Source: Auanema rhodensis (taxonomy: Eukaryota > Animalia > Nematoda). Taken from it: a stretch of DNA of 64,000 nucleotides. Within the stretch, counting starts at the first letter, position 1; each line of letters begins with the position of its first letter. The notes beneath the pieces were generated by a model. That model was not told the DNA's origin, ran no database searches, and saw only the letters and a program-made list of their open reading frames with translations. The translations under genes and the position numbers were made by a program. The DNA is taken from positions 18,786,001-18,850,000 of the forward strand of contig OZ059897.1 of NCBI GenBank assembly GCA_964057225.1, in the 5' to 3' direction. Positions 27,027-40,900 of the stretch are shown one piece after another.

Positions 27027-30000
27027 ATTTTTAAGCTAGCGCAAATCTGATAACACAGATCGACGCAGCTTAAAAATCCGCATCGAATGCACTATACTAC
27101 ATTGAGAAACGCTAAATACAAAAATTAGTTATGATCGTTTGAAAAATGATGCATTAGTGTATGTTGAGTTTCCATGTACACTCAACATTGCTTCCAAAAA
27201 CATTTTGACAAAAATTTTTTCGAAAAATTTCAAAATAATTTAGCGAAAAGTAGATGTTTTTAGATTCCATTTTTCAAGGCAAAGACGATGGACAATGTTA
27301 TTCAACGAAAAAATTAATTCTTCAGGGTGAAAATCGAGGATATAAGTGTGAACTTATATCAGTTGATATCTCGGTGCATTTTTAAGCTAGCGCAAATCTG
27401 ATAACACAGATCGACGCAGCTTAAAAATCCGCATTGAATGCACTATACTACATTGAGAAACGCTTAATACAAAAATTAGTTATGATCGTTTGAAAAATGA
27501 TGCATTAGTGTATGTTGAGTTTCCATGTACACTCAACATTGCTTCCAAAAACATTTTGACAAAAATTTTTTCGAAAAATTTCAAAATAATTTAGCAAAAA
27601 GTAGATGTTTTATGATTCCATTTTTCAAGGCAAAGACGATGGACAATGTTATTCAACGAAAAAATTAATTCTTCAGGGTGAAAATCGAGGATATAAGTGT
27701 GAACTTATATCAGTTGATATCTCGGTGCATTTTTAAGCTAGCGCAAATCTGATAACACAGATCGACGCAGCTTAAAAATCCGCATCGAATGCACTATACT
27801 ACATTGAAAAACGCTTGATACAAAAATTAGTTATGATCGTTTGAAAAATGATGCATTAGTGTATGTTGAGTTTCCATGTACACTCAACATTGCTTCCAAA
27901 AACATTTCGACAAAAATTTTTTCGAAAAATTTCAAAATAATTTAGCAAAAAGTAGATGTTTTATGATTCCATTTTTCAAGGCAAAGACGATGGACAATGT
28001 TATTCAACGAAAAAATTAATTCTTCAGGGTGAAAATCGAGGATATAAGTGTGAACTTATATCAGTTGATATCTCGGTGCATTTTTAAGCTAGCGCAAATC
28101 TGATAACACAGATCGACGCAGCTTAAAAATCCGCATCGAATGCACTATACTACATTGAGAAACGCTTAATACAAAAATTAGTTATGATCGTTTGAAAAAT
28201 GATGCATTAGTGTATGTTGAGTTTCCATGTACACTCAACATTGCTTCCAAAAACATTTTGACAAAAATTTTTTCGAAAAATTTCAAAATAATTTAGCAAA
28301 AAGTAGATGTTTTTAGATTCCATTTTTCAAGGCAAAGACGATGGACAATGTTATTCAACGAAAAAATTATTTCTTCAGGGTGAAAATCGAGAATATAAGT
28401 GTGAACTTATATCAGTTGATATCTCGGTGCATTTTTAAGCTAGCGCAAATCTGATAACACAGATCGACGCAGCTTAAAAATCCGCATCGAATGCACTATA
28501 CTACATTGAAAAACGCTTGATACAAAAATTAGTTATGATCGTTTGAAAAATGATGCATTAGTGTATGTTGAGTTTCCATGTACACTCAACATTGCTTCCA
28601 AAAACATTTCGACAAAAATTTTTTCGAAAAATTTCAAAATAATTTAGCAAAAAGTAGATGTTTTATGATTCCATTTTTCAAGGCAAAGACGATGGACAAT
28701 GTTATTCAACGAAAAAATTAATTCTTCAGGGTGAAAATCGAGGATATAAGTGTGAACTTATATCAGTTGATATCTCGGTGCATTTTTAAGCTAGCGCAAA
28801 TCTGATAACACAGATCGACGCAGCTTAAAAATCCGCATCGAATGCACTATACTACATTGAAAAACGCTTACTACAAAAATTAGTTATGATCGTTTGAAAA
28901 ATGATGCATTAGTGTATGTTGAGTTTCCATGTACACTCAACATTGCTTCCAAAAACATTTTGACAAAAATTTTTTCGAAAAATTTCAAAATAATTTAGCA
29001 AAAAGTAGATGTTTTTAGATTCCATTTTTCAAGGCAAAGACGATGGACAATGTTATTCAACGAAAAAATTAATTCTTCAGGGTGAAAATCGAGGATATAA
29101 GTGTGAACTTATATCAGTTGATATCTCGGTGCATTTTTAAGCTAGCGCAAATCTGATAACACAGATCGACGCAGCTTAAAAATCCGCATTGAATGCACTA
29201 TACTACATTGAGAAACGCTTAATACAAAAATTAGTTATGATCGTTTGAAAAATGATGCATTAGTGTATGTTGAGTTTCCATGTACACTCAACATTGCTTC
29301 CAAAAACATTTTGACAAAAATTTTTTCGAAAAATTTCAAAATAATTTAGCAAAAAGTAGATGTTTTATGATTCCATTTTTCAAGGCAAAGACGATGGACA
29401 ATGTTATTCAACGAAAAAATTAATTCTTCAGGGTGAAAATCGAGGATATAAGTGTGAACTTATATCAGTTGATATCTCGGTGCATTTTTAAGCTAGCGCA
29501 AATCTGATAACACAGATCGACGCAGCTTAAAAATCCGCATCGAATGCACTATACTACATTGAAAAACGCTTGATACAAAAATTAGTTATGATCGTTTGAA
29601 AAATGATGCATTAGTGTATGTTGAGTTTCCATGTACACTCAACATTGCTTCCAAAAACATTTCGACAAAAATTTTTTCGAAAAATTTCAAAATAATTTAG
29701 CAAAAAGTAGATGTTTTATGATTCCATTTTTCAAGGCAAAGACGATGGACAATGTTATTCAACGAAAAAATTAATTCTTCAGGGTGAAAATCGAGGATAT
29801 AAGTGTGAACTTATATCAGTTGATATCTCGGTGCATTTTTAAGCTAGCGCAAATCTGATAACACAGATCGACGCAGCTTAAAAATCCGCATCGAATGCAC
29901 TATACTACATTGAGAAACGCTTAATACAAAAATTAGTTATGATCGTTTGAAAAATGATGCATTAGTGTATGTTGAGTTTCCATGTACACTCAACATTGCT

Positions 30001-32642
30001 TCCAAAAACATTTTGACAAAAATTTTTTCTAAAAATTTCAAAATAATTTAGCAAAAAGTAGATGTTTTTAGATTCCATTTTTCAAGGCAAAGACGATGGA
30101 CAATGTTATTCAACGAAAAAATTATTTCTTCAGGGTGAAAATCGAGAATATAAGTGTGAACTTATATCAGTTGATATCTCGGTGCATTTTTAAGCTAGCG
30201 CAAATCTGATAACACAGATCGACGCAGCTTAAAAATCCGCATCGAATGCACTATACTACATTGAAAAACGCTTGATACAAAAATTAGTTATGATCGTTTG
30301 AAAAATGATGCATTAGTGTATGTTGAGTTTCCATGTACACTCAACATTGCTTCCAAAAACATTTCGACAAAAATTTTTTCGAAAAATTTCAAAATAATTT
30401 AGCAAAAAGTAGATGTTTTATGATTCCATTTTTCAAGGCAAAGACGATGGACAATGTTATTCAACGAAAAAATTAATTCTTCAGGGTGAAAATCGAGGAT
30501 ATAAGTGTGAACTTATATCAGTTGATATCTCGGTGCATTTTTAAGCTAGCGCAAATCTGATAACACAGATCGACGCAGCTTAAAAATCCGCATCGAATGC
30601 ACTATACTACATTGAGAAACGCTTAATACAAAAATTAGTTATGATCGTTTGAAAAATGATGCATTAGTGTATGTTGAGTTTCCATGTACACTCAACATTG
30701 CTTCCAAAAACATTTTGACAAAAATTTTTTCGAAAAATTTCAAAATAATTTAGCAAAAAGTAGATGTTTTTAGATTCCATTTTTCAAGGCAAAGACGATG
30801 GACAATGTTATTCAACGAAAAAATTATTTCTTCAGGGTGAAAATCGAGGATATAAGTGTGAACTTATATCAGTTGATATCTCGGTGCATTTTTAAGCTAG
30901 CGCAAATCTGATAACACAGATCGACGCAGCTTAAAAATCCGCATCGAATGCACTATACTACATTGAAAAACGCTTGATACAAAAATTAGTTATGATCGTT
31001 TGAAAAATGATGCATTAGTGTATGTTGAGTTTCCATGTACACTCAACATTGCTTCCAAAAACATTTCGACAAAAATTTTTTCGAAAAATTTCAAAATAAT
31101 TTAGCAAAAAGTAGATGTTTTTAGATTCCATTTCTCAAGGCAAAGACGATAGACAATGTTATTCAACGAAAAAATTAATTCTTCAGGGTGAAAATCGAGG
31201 ATATAAGTGTGAACTTATATCAGTTGATATCTCGGTGCATTTTTAAGCTAGCGCAAATCTGATAACACAGATCGACGCAGCTTAAAAATCCGCATCGAAT
31301 GCACTATACTACATTGAGAAACGCTTACTACAAAAATTAGTTATGATCGTTTGAAAAATGATGCATTAGTGTATGTTGAGTTTCCATGTACACTCAACAT
31401 TGCTTCCAAAAACATTTTGACAAAAATTTTTTCGAAAAATTTCAAAATAATTTAGCAAAAAGTAGATGTTTTTAGATTCCATTTTTCAAGGCAAAGACGA
31501 TGGACAATGTTATTCAACGAAAAAATTATTTCTTCAGGGTGAAAATCGAGAATATAAGTGTGAACTTATATCAGTTGATATCTCGGTGCATTTTTAAGCT
31601 AGCGCAAATCTGATAACACAGATCGACGCAGCTTAAAAATCCGCATCGAATGCACTATACTACATTGAAAAACGCTTGATACAAAAATTAGTTATGATCG
31701 TTTGAAAAATGATGCATTAGTGTATGTTGAGTTTCCATGTACACTCAACATTGCTTCCAAAAACATTTCGACAAAAATTTTTTCGAAAAATTTCAAAATA
31801 ATTTAGCAAAAAGTAGATGTTTTATGATTCCATTTTTCAAGGCAAAGACGATGGACAATGTTATTCAACGAAAAAATTAATTCTTCAGGGTGAAAATCGA
31901 GGATATAAGTGTGAACTTATATCAGTTGATATCTCGGTGCATTTTTAAGCTAGCGCAAATCTGATAACACAGATCGACGCAGCTTAAAAATCCGCATCGA
32001 ATGCACTATACTACATTGAGAAACGCTTAATACAAAAATTAGTTATGATCGTTTGAAAAATGATGCATTAGTGTATGTTGAGTTTCCATGTACACTCAAC
32101 ATTGCTTCCAAAAACATTTTGACAAAAATTTTTTCGAAAAATTTCAAAATAATTTAGCAAAAAGTAGATGTTTTTAGATTCCATTTTTCAAGGCAAAGAC
32201 GATGGACAATGTTATTCAACGAAAAAATTATTTCTTCAGGGTGAAAATCGATGATATATGTGTGAACTTATATCAGTTGATATCTCGGTGCATTTTTAAG
32301 CTAGCGCAAATCTGATAACACAGATCGACGCAGCTTAAAAATCCGCATCGAATGCACTATACTACATTGAAAAACGCTTGATACAAAAATTAGTTATGAT
32401 CGTTTGAAAAATGATGCATTAGTGTATGTTGAGTTTCCATGTACACTCAACATTGCTTCCAAAAACATTTCGACAAAAATTTTTTCGAAAAATTTCAAAA
32501 TAATTTAGCAAAAAGTAGATGTTTTTAGATTCCATTTCTCAAGGCAAAGACGATAGACAATGTTATTCAACGAAAAAATTAATTCTTCAGGGTGAAAATC
32601 GAGGATATAAGTGTGAACTTATATCAGTTGATATCTCGGTGC

Positions 32643-35600
32643 ATTTTTAAGCTAGCGCAAATCTGATAACACAGATCGACGCAGCTTAAAAATCCGCATC
32701 GAATGCACTATACTACATTGAGAAACGCTTACTACAAAAATTAGTTATGATCGTTTGAAAAATGATGCATTAGTGTATGTTGAGTTTCCATGTACACTCA
32801 ACATTGCTTCCAAAAACATTTTGACAAAAATTTTTTCGAAAAATTTCAAAATAATTTAGCAAAAAGTAGATGTTTTTAGATTCCATTTTTCAAGGCAAAG
32901 ACGATGGACAATGTTATTCAACGAAAAAATTAATTCTTCAGGGTGAAAATCGAGGATATAAGTGTGAACTTATATCAGTTGATATCTCGGTGCATTTTTA
33001 AGCTAGCGCAAATCTGATAACACAGATCGACGCAGCTTAAAAATCCGCATTGAATGCACTATACTACATTGAGAAACGCTTACTACAAAAATTAGTTATG
33101 ATCGTTTGAAAAATGATGCATTAGTGTATGTTGAGTTTCCATGTACACTCAACATTGCTTCCAAAAACATTTTGACAAAAATTTTTTCGAAAAATTTCAA
33201 AATAATTTAGCAAAAAGTAGATGTTTTTAGATTCCATTTTTCAAGGCAAAGACGATGGACAATGTTATTCAACGAAAAAATTAATTCTTCAGGGTGAAAA
33301 TCGAGGATATAAGTGTGAACTTATATCAGTTGATATCTCGGTGCATTTTTAAGCTAGCGCAAATCTGATAACACAGATCGACGCAGCTTAAAAATCCGCA
33401 TTGAATGCACTATACTACATTGAGAAACGCTTAATACAAAAATTAGTTATGATCGTTTGAAAAATGATGCATTAGTGTATGTTGAGTTTCCATGTACACT
33501 CAACATTGCTTCCAAAAACATTTTGACAAAAATTTTTTCGAAAAATTTCAAAATAATTTAGCAAAAAGTAGATGTTTTATGATTCCATTTTTCAAGGCAA
33601 AGACGATGGACAATGTTATTCAACGAAAAAATTAATTCTTCAGGGTGAAAATCGAGGATATAAGTGTGAACTTATATCAGTTGATATCTCGGTGCATTTT
33701 TAAGCTAGCGCAAATCTGATAACACAGATCGACGCAGCTTAAAAATCCGCATCGAATGCACTATACTACATTGAAAAACGCTTGATACAAAAATTAGTTA
33801 TGATCGTTTGAAAAATGATGCATTAGTGTATGTTGAGTTTCCATGTACACTCAACATTGCTTCCAAAAACATTTCGACAAAAATTTTTTCGAAAAATTTC
33901 AAAATAATTTAGCAAAAAGTAGATGTTTTATGATTCCATTTTTCAAGGCAAAGACGATGGACAATGTTATTCAACGAAAAAATTAATTCTTCAGGGTGAA
34001 AATCGAGGATATAAGTGTGAACTTATATCAGTTGATATCTCGGTGCATTTTTAAGCTAGCGCAAATCTGATAACACAGATCGACGCAGCTTAAAAATCCG
34101 CATCGAATGCACTATACTACATTGAGAAACGCTTAATACAAAAATTAGTTATGATCGTTTGAAAAATGATGCATTAGTGTATGTTGAGTTTCCATGTACA
34201 CTCAACATTGCTTCCAAAAACATTTTGACAAAAATTTTTTCGAAAAATTTCAAAATAATTTAGCAAAAAGTAGATGTTTTTAGATTCCATTTTTCAAGGC
34301 AAAGACGATGGACAATGTTATTCAACGAAAAAATTATTTCTTCAGGGTGAAAATCGAGGATATAAGTGTGAACTTATATCAGTTGATATCTCGGTGCATT
34401 TTTAAGCTAGCGCAAATCTGATAACACAGATCGACGCAGCTTAAAAATCCGCATCGAATGCACTATACTACATTGAGAAACGCTTACTACAAAAATTAGT
34501 TATGATCGTTTGAACAATGATGCATTAGTGTATGTTGAGTTTCCATGTACACTCAACATTGCTTCCAAAAACATTTTGACAAAAATTTTTTCGAAAAATT
34601 TCAAAATAATTTAGCAAAAAGTAGATGTTTTTAGATTCCATTTTTCAAGGCAAAGACGATGGACAATGTTATTCAACGAAAAAATTAATTCTTCAGGGTG
34701 AAAATCGAGGATATAAGTGTGAACTTATATCAGTTGATATCTCGGTGCATTTTTAAGCTAGCGCAAATCTGATAACACAGATCGACGCAGCTTAAAAATC
34801 CGCATCGAATGCACTATACTACATTGAGAAACGCTTACTACAAAAATTAGTTATGATCGTTTGAACAATGATGCATTAGTGTATGTTGAGTTTCCATGTA
34901 CACTCAACATTGCTTCCAAAAACATTTTGACAAAAATTTTTTCGAAAAATTTCAAAATAATTTAGCAAAAAGTAGATGTTTTTAGATTCCATTTTTCAAG
35001 GCAAAGACGATGGACAATGTTATTCAACGAAAAAATTAATTCTTCAGGGTGAAAATCGAGGATATAAGTGTGAACTTATATCAGTTGATATCTCGGTGCA
35101 TTTTTAAGCTAGCGCAAATCTGATAACACAGATCGACGCAGCTTAAAAATCCGCATTGAATGCACTATACTACATTGAGAAACGCTTAATACAAAAATTA
35201 GTTATGATCGTTTGAAAAATGATGCATTAGTGTATGTTGAGTTTCCATGTACACTCAACATTGCTTCCAAAAACATTTTGACAAAAATTTTTTCGAAAAA
35301 TTTCAAAATAATTTAGCAAAAAGTAGATGTTTTATGATTCCATTTTTCAAGGCAAAGACGATGGACAATGTTATTCAACGAAAAAATTAATTCTTCAGGG
35401 TGAAAATCGAGGATATAAGTGTGAACTTATATCAGTTGATATCTCGGTGCATTTTTAAGCTAGCGCAAATCTGATAACACAGATCGACGCAGCTTAAAAA
35501 TCCGCATCGAATGCACTATACTACATTGAAAAACGCTTGATACAAAAATTAGTTATGATCGTTTGAAAAATGATGCATTAGTGTATGTTGAGTTTCCATG

Positions 35601-37907
35601 TACACTCAACATTGCTTCCAAAAACATTTCGACAAAAATTTTTTCGAAAAATTTCAAAATAATTTAGCAAAAAGTAGATGTTTTATGATTCCATTTTTCA
35701 AGGCAAAGACGATGGACAATGTTATTCAACGAAAAAATTAATTCTTCAGGGTGAAAATCGAGGATATAAGTGTGAACTTATATCAGTTGATATCTCGGTG
35801 CATTTTTAAGCTAGCGCAAATCTGATAACACAGATCGACGCGGCTTAAAAATCCGCATCGAATGCACTATACTACATTGAGAAACGCTTAATACAAAAAT
35901 TAGTTATGATCGTTTGAAAAATGATGCATTAGTGTATGTTGAGTTTCCATGTACACTCAACATTGCTTCCAAAAACATTTTGACAAAAATTTTTTCGAAA
36001 AATTTCAAAATAATTTAGCAAAAAGTAGATGTTTTTAGATTCCATTTTTCAAGGCAAAGACGATGGACAATGTTATTCAACGAAAAAATTATTTCTTCAG
36101 GGTGAAAATCGAGGATATAAGTGTGAACTTATATCAGTTGATATCTCGGTGCATTTTTAAGCTAGCGCAAATCTGATAACACAGATCGACGCAGCTTAAA
36201 AATCCGCATCGAATGCACTATACTACATTGAGAAACGCTTACTACAAAAATTAGTTATGATCGTTTGAAAAATGATGCATTAGTGTATGTTGAGTTTCCA
36301 TGTACACTCAACATTGCTTCCAAAAACATTTTGACAAAAATTTTTTCGAAAAATTTCAAAATAATTTAGCAAAAAGTAGATGTTTTTAGATTCCATTTTT
36401 CAAGGCAAAGACGATGGACAATGTTATTCAACGAAAAAATTAATTCTTCAGGGTGAAAATCGAGGATATAAGTGTGAACTTATATCAGTTGATATCTCGG
36501 TGCATTTTTAAGCTAGCGCAAATCTGATAACACAGATCGACGCAGCTTAAAAATCCGCATTGAATGCACTATACTACATTGAGAAACGCTTAATACAAAA
36601 ATTAGTTATGATCGTTTGAAAAATGATGCATTAGTGTATGTTGAGTTTCCATGTACACTCAACATTGCTTCCAAAAACATTTTGACAAAAATTTTTTCGA
36701 AAAATTTCAAAATAATTTAGCAAAAAGTAGATGTTTTTAGATTCCATTTTTCAAGGCAAAGACGATGGACAATGTTATTCAACGAAAAAATTAATTCTTC
36801 AGGGTGAAAATCGAGGATATAAGTGTGAACTTATATCAGTTGATATCTCGGTGCATTTTTAAGCTAGCGCAAATCTGATAACACAGATCGACGCAGCTTA
36901 AAAATCCGCATTGAATGCACTATACTACATTGAGAAACGCTTAATACAAAAATTAGTTATGATCGTTTGAAAAATGATGCATTAGTGTATGTTGAGTTTC
37001 CATGTACACTCAACATTGCTTCCAAAAACATTTTGACAAAAATTTTTTCGAAAAATTTCAAAATAATTTAGCAAAAAGTAGATGTTTTATGATTCCATTT
37101 TTCAAGGCAAAGACGATGGACAATGTTATTCAACGAAAAAATTAATTCTTCAGGGTGAAAATCGAGGATATAAGTGTGAACTTATATCAGTTGATATCTC
37201 GGTGCATTTTTAAGCTAGCGCAAATCTGATAACACAGATCGACGCAGCTTAAAAATCCGCATCGAATGCACTATACTACATTGAAAAACGCTTGATACAA
37301 AAATTAGTTATGATCGTTTGAAAAATGATGCATTAGTGTATGTTGAGTTTCCATGTACACTCAACATTGCTTCCAAAAACATTTCGACAAAAATTTTTTC
37401 GAAAAATTTCAAAATAATTTAGCAAAAAGTAGATGTTTTATGATTCCATTTTTCAAGGCAAAGACGATGGACAATGTTATTCAACGAAAAAATTAATTCT
37501 TCAGGGTGAAAATCGAGGATATAAGTGTGAACTTATATCAGTTGATATCTCGGTGCATTTTTAAGCTAGCGCAAATCTGATAACACAGATCGACGCAGCT
37601 TAAAAATCCGCATCGAATGCACTATACTACATTGAGAAACGCTTAATACAAAAATTAGTTATGATCGTTTGAAAAATGATGCATTAGTGTATGTTGAGTT
37701 TCCATGTACACTCAACATTGCTTCCAAAAACATTTTGACAAAAATTTTTTCGAAAAATTTCAAAATAATTTAGCAAAAAGTAGATGTTTTTAGATTCCAT
37801 TTTTCAAGGCAAAGACGATGGACAATGTTATTCAACGAAAAAATTATTTCTTCAGGGTGAAAATCGAGGATATAAGTGTGAACTTATATCAGTTGATATC
37901 TCGGTGC
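32643..37907 (+). repeat. 5-monomer higher-order repeat (1755 bp) x3: M94-98, M99-103, M104-108
   Basis: Order repeats as A90C monomer / variable monomer / C58T+TTTTATG / T180C+TTTTATG / A291T. Confidence 0.82.
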
Positions 37908-40900
37908 ATTTTTAAGCTAGCGCAAATCTGATAACACAGATCGACGCAGCTTAAAAATCCGCATCGAATGCACTATACTACATTGAGAAACGCTTACTAC
38001 AAAAATTAGTTATGATCGTTTGAAAAATGATGCATTAGTGTATGTTGAGTTTCCATGTACACTCAACATTGCTTCCAAAAACATTTTGACAAAAATTTTT
38101 TCGAAAAATTTCAAAATAATTTAGCAAAAAGTAGATGTTTTATGATTCCATTTTTCAAGGCAAAGACGATGGACAATGTTATTCAACGAAAAAATTAATT
38201 CTTCAGGGTGAAAATCGAGGATATAAGTGTGAACTTATATCAGTTGATATCTCGGTGCATTTTTAAGCTAGCGCAAATCTGATAACACAGATCGACGCAG
38301 CTTAAAAATCCGCATCGAATGCACTATACTACATTGAGAAACGCTTAATACAAAAATTAGTTATGATCGTTTGAAAAATGATGCATTAGTGTATGTTGAG
38401 TTTCCATGTACACTCAACATTGCTTCCAAAAACATTTTGACAAAAATTTTTTCGAAAAATTTCAAAATAATTTAGCAAAAAGTAGATGTTTTTAGATTCC
38501 ATTTTTCAAGGCAAAGACGATGGACAATGTTATTCAACGAAAAAATTATTTCTTCAGGGTGAAAATCGAGGATATAAGTGTGAACTTATATCAGTTGATA
38601 TCTCGGTGCATTTTTAAGCTAGCGCAAATCTGATAACACAGATCGACGCAGCTTAAAAATCCGCATCGAATGCACTATACTACATTGAGAAACGCTTACT
38701 ACAAAAATTAGTTATGATCGTTTGAAAAATGATGCATTAGTGTATGTTGAGTTTCCATGTACACTCAACATTGCTTCCAAAAACATTTTGACAAAAATTT
38801 TTTCGAAAAATTTCAAAATAATTTAGCAAAGAGTAGATGTTTTTAGATTCCATTTTTCAAGGCAAAGACGATGGACAATGTTATTCAACGAAAAAATTAA
38901 TTCTTCAGGGTGAAAATCGAGGATATAAGTGTGAACTTATATCAGTTGATATCTCGGTGCATTTTTAAGCTAGCGCAAATCTGATAACACAGATCGACGC
39001 AGCTTAAAAATCCGCATTGAATGCACTATACTACATTGAGAAACGCTTAATACAAAAATTAGTTATGATCGTTTGAAAAATGATGCATTAGTGTATGTTG
39101 AGTTTCCATGTACACTCAACATTGCTTCCAAAAACATTTTGACAAAAATTTTTTCGAAAAATTTCAAAATAATTTAGCAAAAAGTAGATGTTTTAAGATT
39201 CCATTTTTCAAGGCAAAGACGATGGACAATGTTATTCAACGAAAAAATTAATTCTTCAGGGTGAAAATCGAGGATATAAGTGTGAACTTATATCAGTTGA
39301 TATCTCGGTGCATTTTTAAGCTAGCGCAAATCTGATAACACAGATCGACGCAGCTTAAAAATCCGCATCGAATGCACTATACTACATTGAGAAACGTTTA
39401 ATACAAAAATTAGTTATGATCGTTTGAAAAATGATGCATTAGTGTATGTTGAGTTTCCATGTACACTCAACATTGCTTCCAAAAACATTTTGACAAAAAT
39501 TTTTTCGAAAAATTTCAAAATAATTTAGCAAAAAGTAGATGTTTTTAGATTCCATTTTTCAAGGCAAAGACGATGGACAATGTTATTCAACGAAAAAATT
39601 AATTCTTCAGGGTGAAAATCGAGGATATAAGTGTGAACTTATATCAGTTGATATCTCGGTGCATTTTTAAGCTAGCGCAAATCTGATAACACAGATCGAC
39701 GCAGCTTAAAAATCCGCATCGAATGCACTATACTACATTGAGAAACGCTTAATACAAAAATTAGTTATGATCGTTTGAAAAATGATGCATTAGTGTATGT
39801 TGAGTTTCCATGTACACTCAACATTGCTTCCAAAAACATTTTGACAAAAATTTTTTCGAAAAATTTCAAAATAATTTAGCAAAAAGTAGATGTTTTAAGA
39901 TTCCATTTTTCAAGGCAAAGACGATGGACAATGTTATTCAACGAAAAAATTAATTCTTCAGGGTGAAAATCGAGGATATAAGTGTGAACTTATATCAGTT
40001 GGTTTCTCGGTGCATTTTAAAGCTAGCGCAAATCTGATAACACAGATCGACGCAGCTTAAAAATCCGCATCGAATGCACTATACTACATTGAGAAACGCT
40101 TAATACAAAAATTAGTTATGATCGTTTGAAAAATGATGCATTAGTGTATGTTGAGTTTCCATGTACACTCAACATTGCTTCCAAAAACATTTTGACAAAA
40201 ATTTTTTCGAAAAATTTCAAAATAATTTAGCAAAAAGTAGATGTTTTTAGATTCCATTTTTCAAGGCAAAGACGATGGACAATGTTATTCAACGAAAAAA
40301 TTATTTCTTCAGGGTGAAAATCGAGGATATAAGTGTGAACTTATATCAGTTGATATCTCGGTGCATTTTTAAGCTAGCGCAAATCTGATAACACAGATCG
40401 ACGCAGCTTAAAAATCCGCATCGAATGCACTATACTACATTGAGAAACGCTTACTACAAAAATTAGTTATGATCGTTTGAAAAATGATGCATTAGTGTAT
40501 GTTGAGTTTCCATGTACACTCAACATTGCTTCCAAAAACATTTTGACAAAAATTTTTTCGAAAAATTTCAAAATAATTTAGCAAAGAGTAGATGTTTTTA
40601 GATTCCATTTTTCAAGGCAAAGACGATGGACAATGTTATTCAACGAAAAAATTAATTCTTCAGGGTGAAAATCGAGGATATAAGTGTGAACTTATATCAG
40701 TTGATATCTCGGTGCATTTTTAAGCTAGCGCAAATCTGATAACACAGATCGACGCAGCTTAAAAATCCGCATCGAATGCACTATACTACATTGAGAAACG
40801 TTTAATACAAAAATTAGTTATGATCGTTTGAAAAATGATGCATTAGTGTATGTTGAGTTTCCATGTACACTCAACATTGCTTCCAAAAACATTTTGACAA

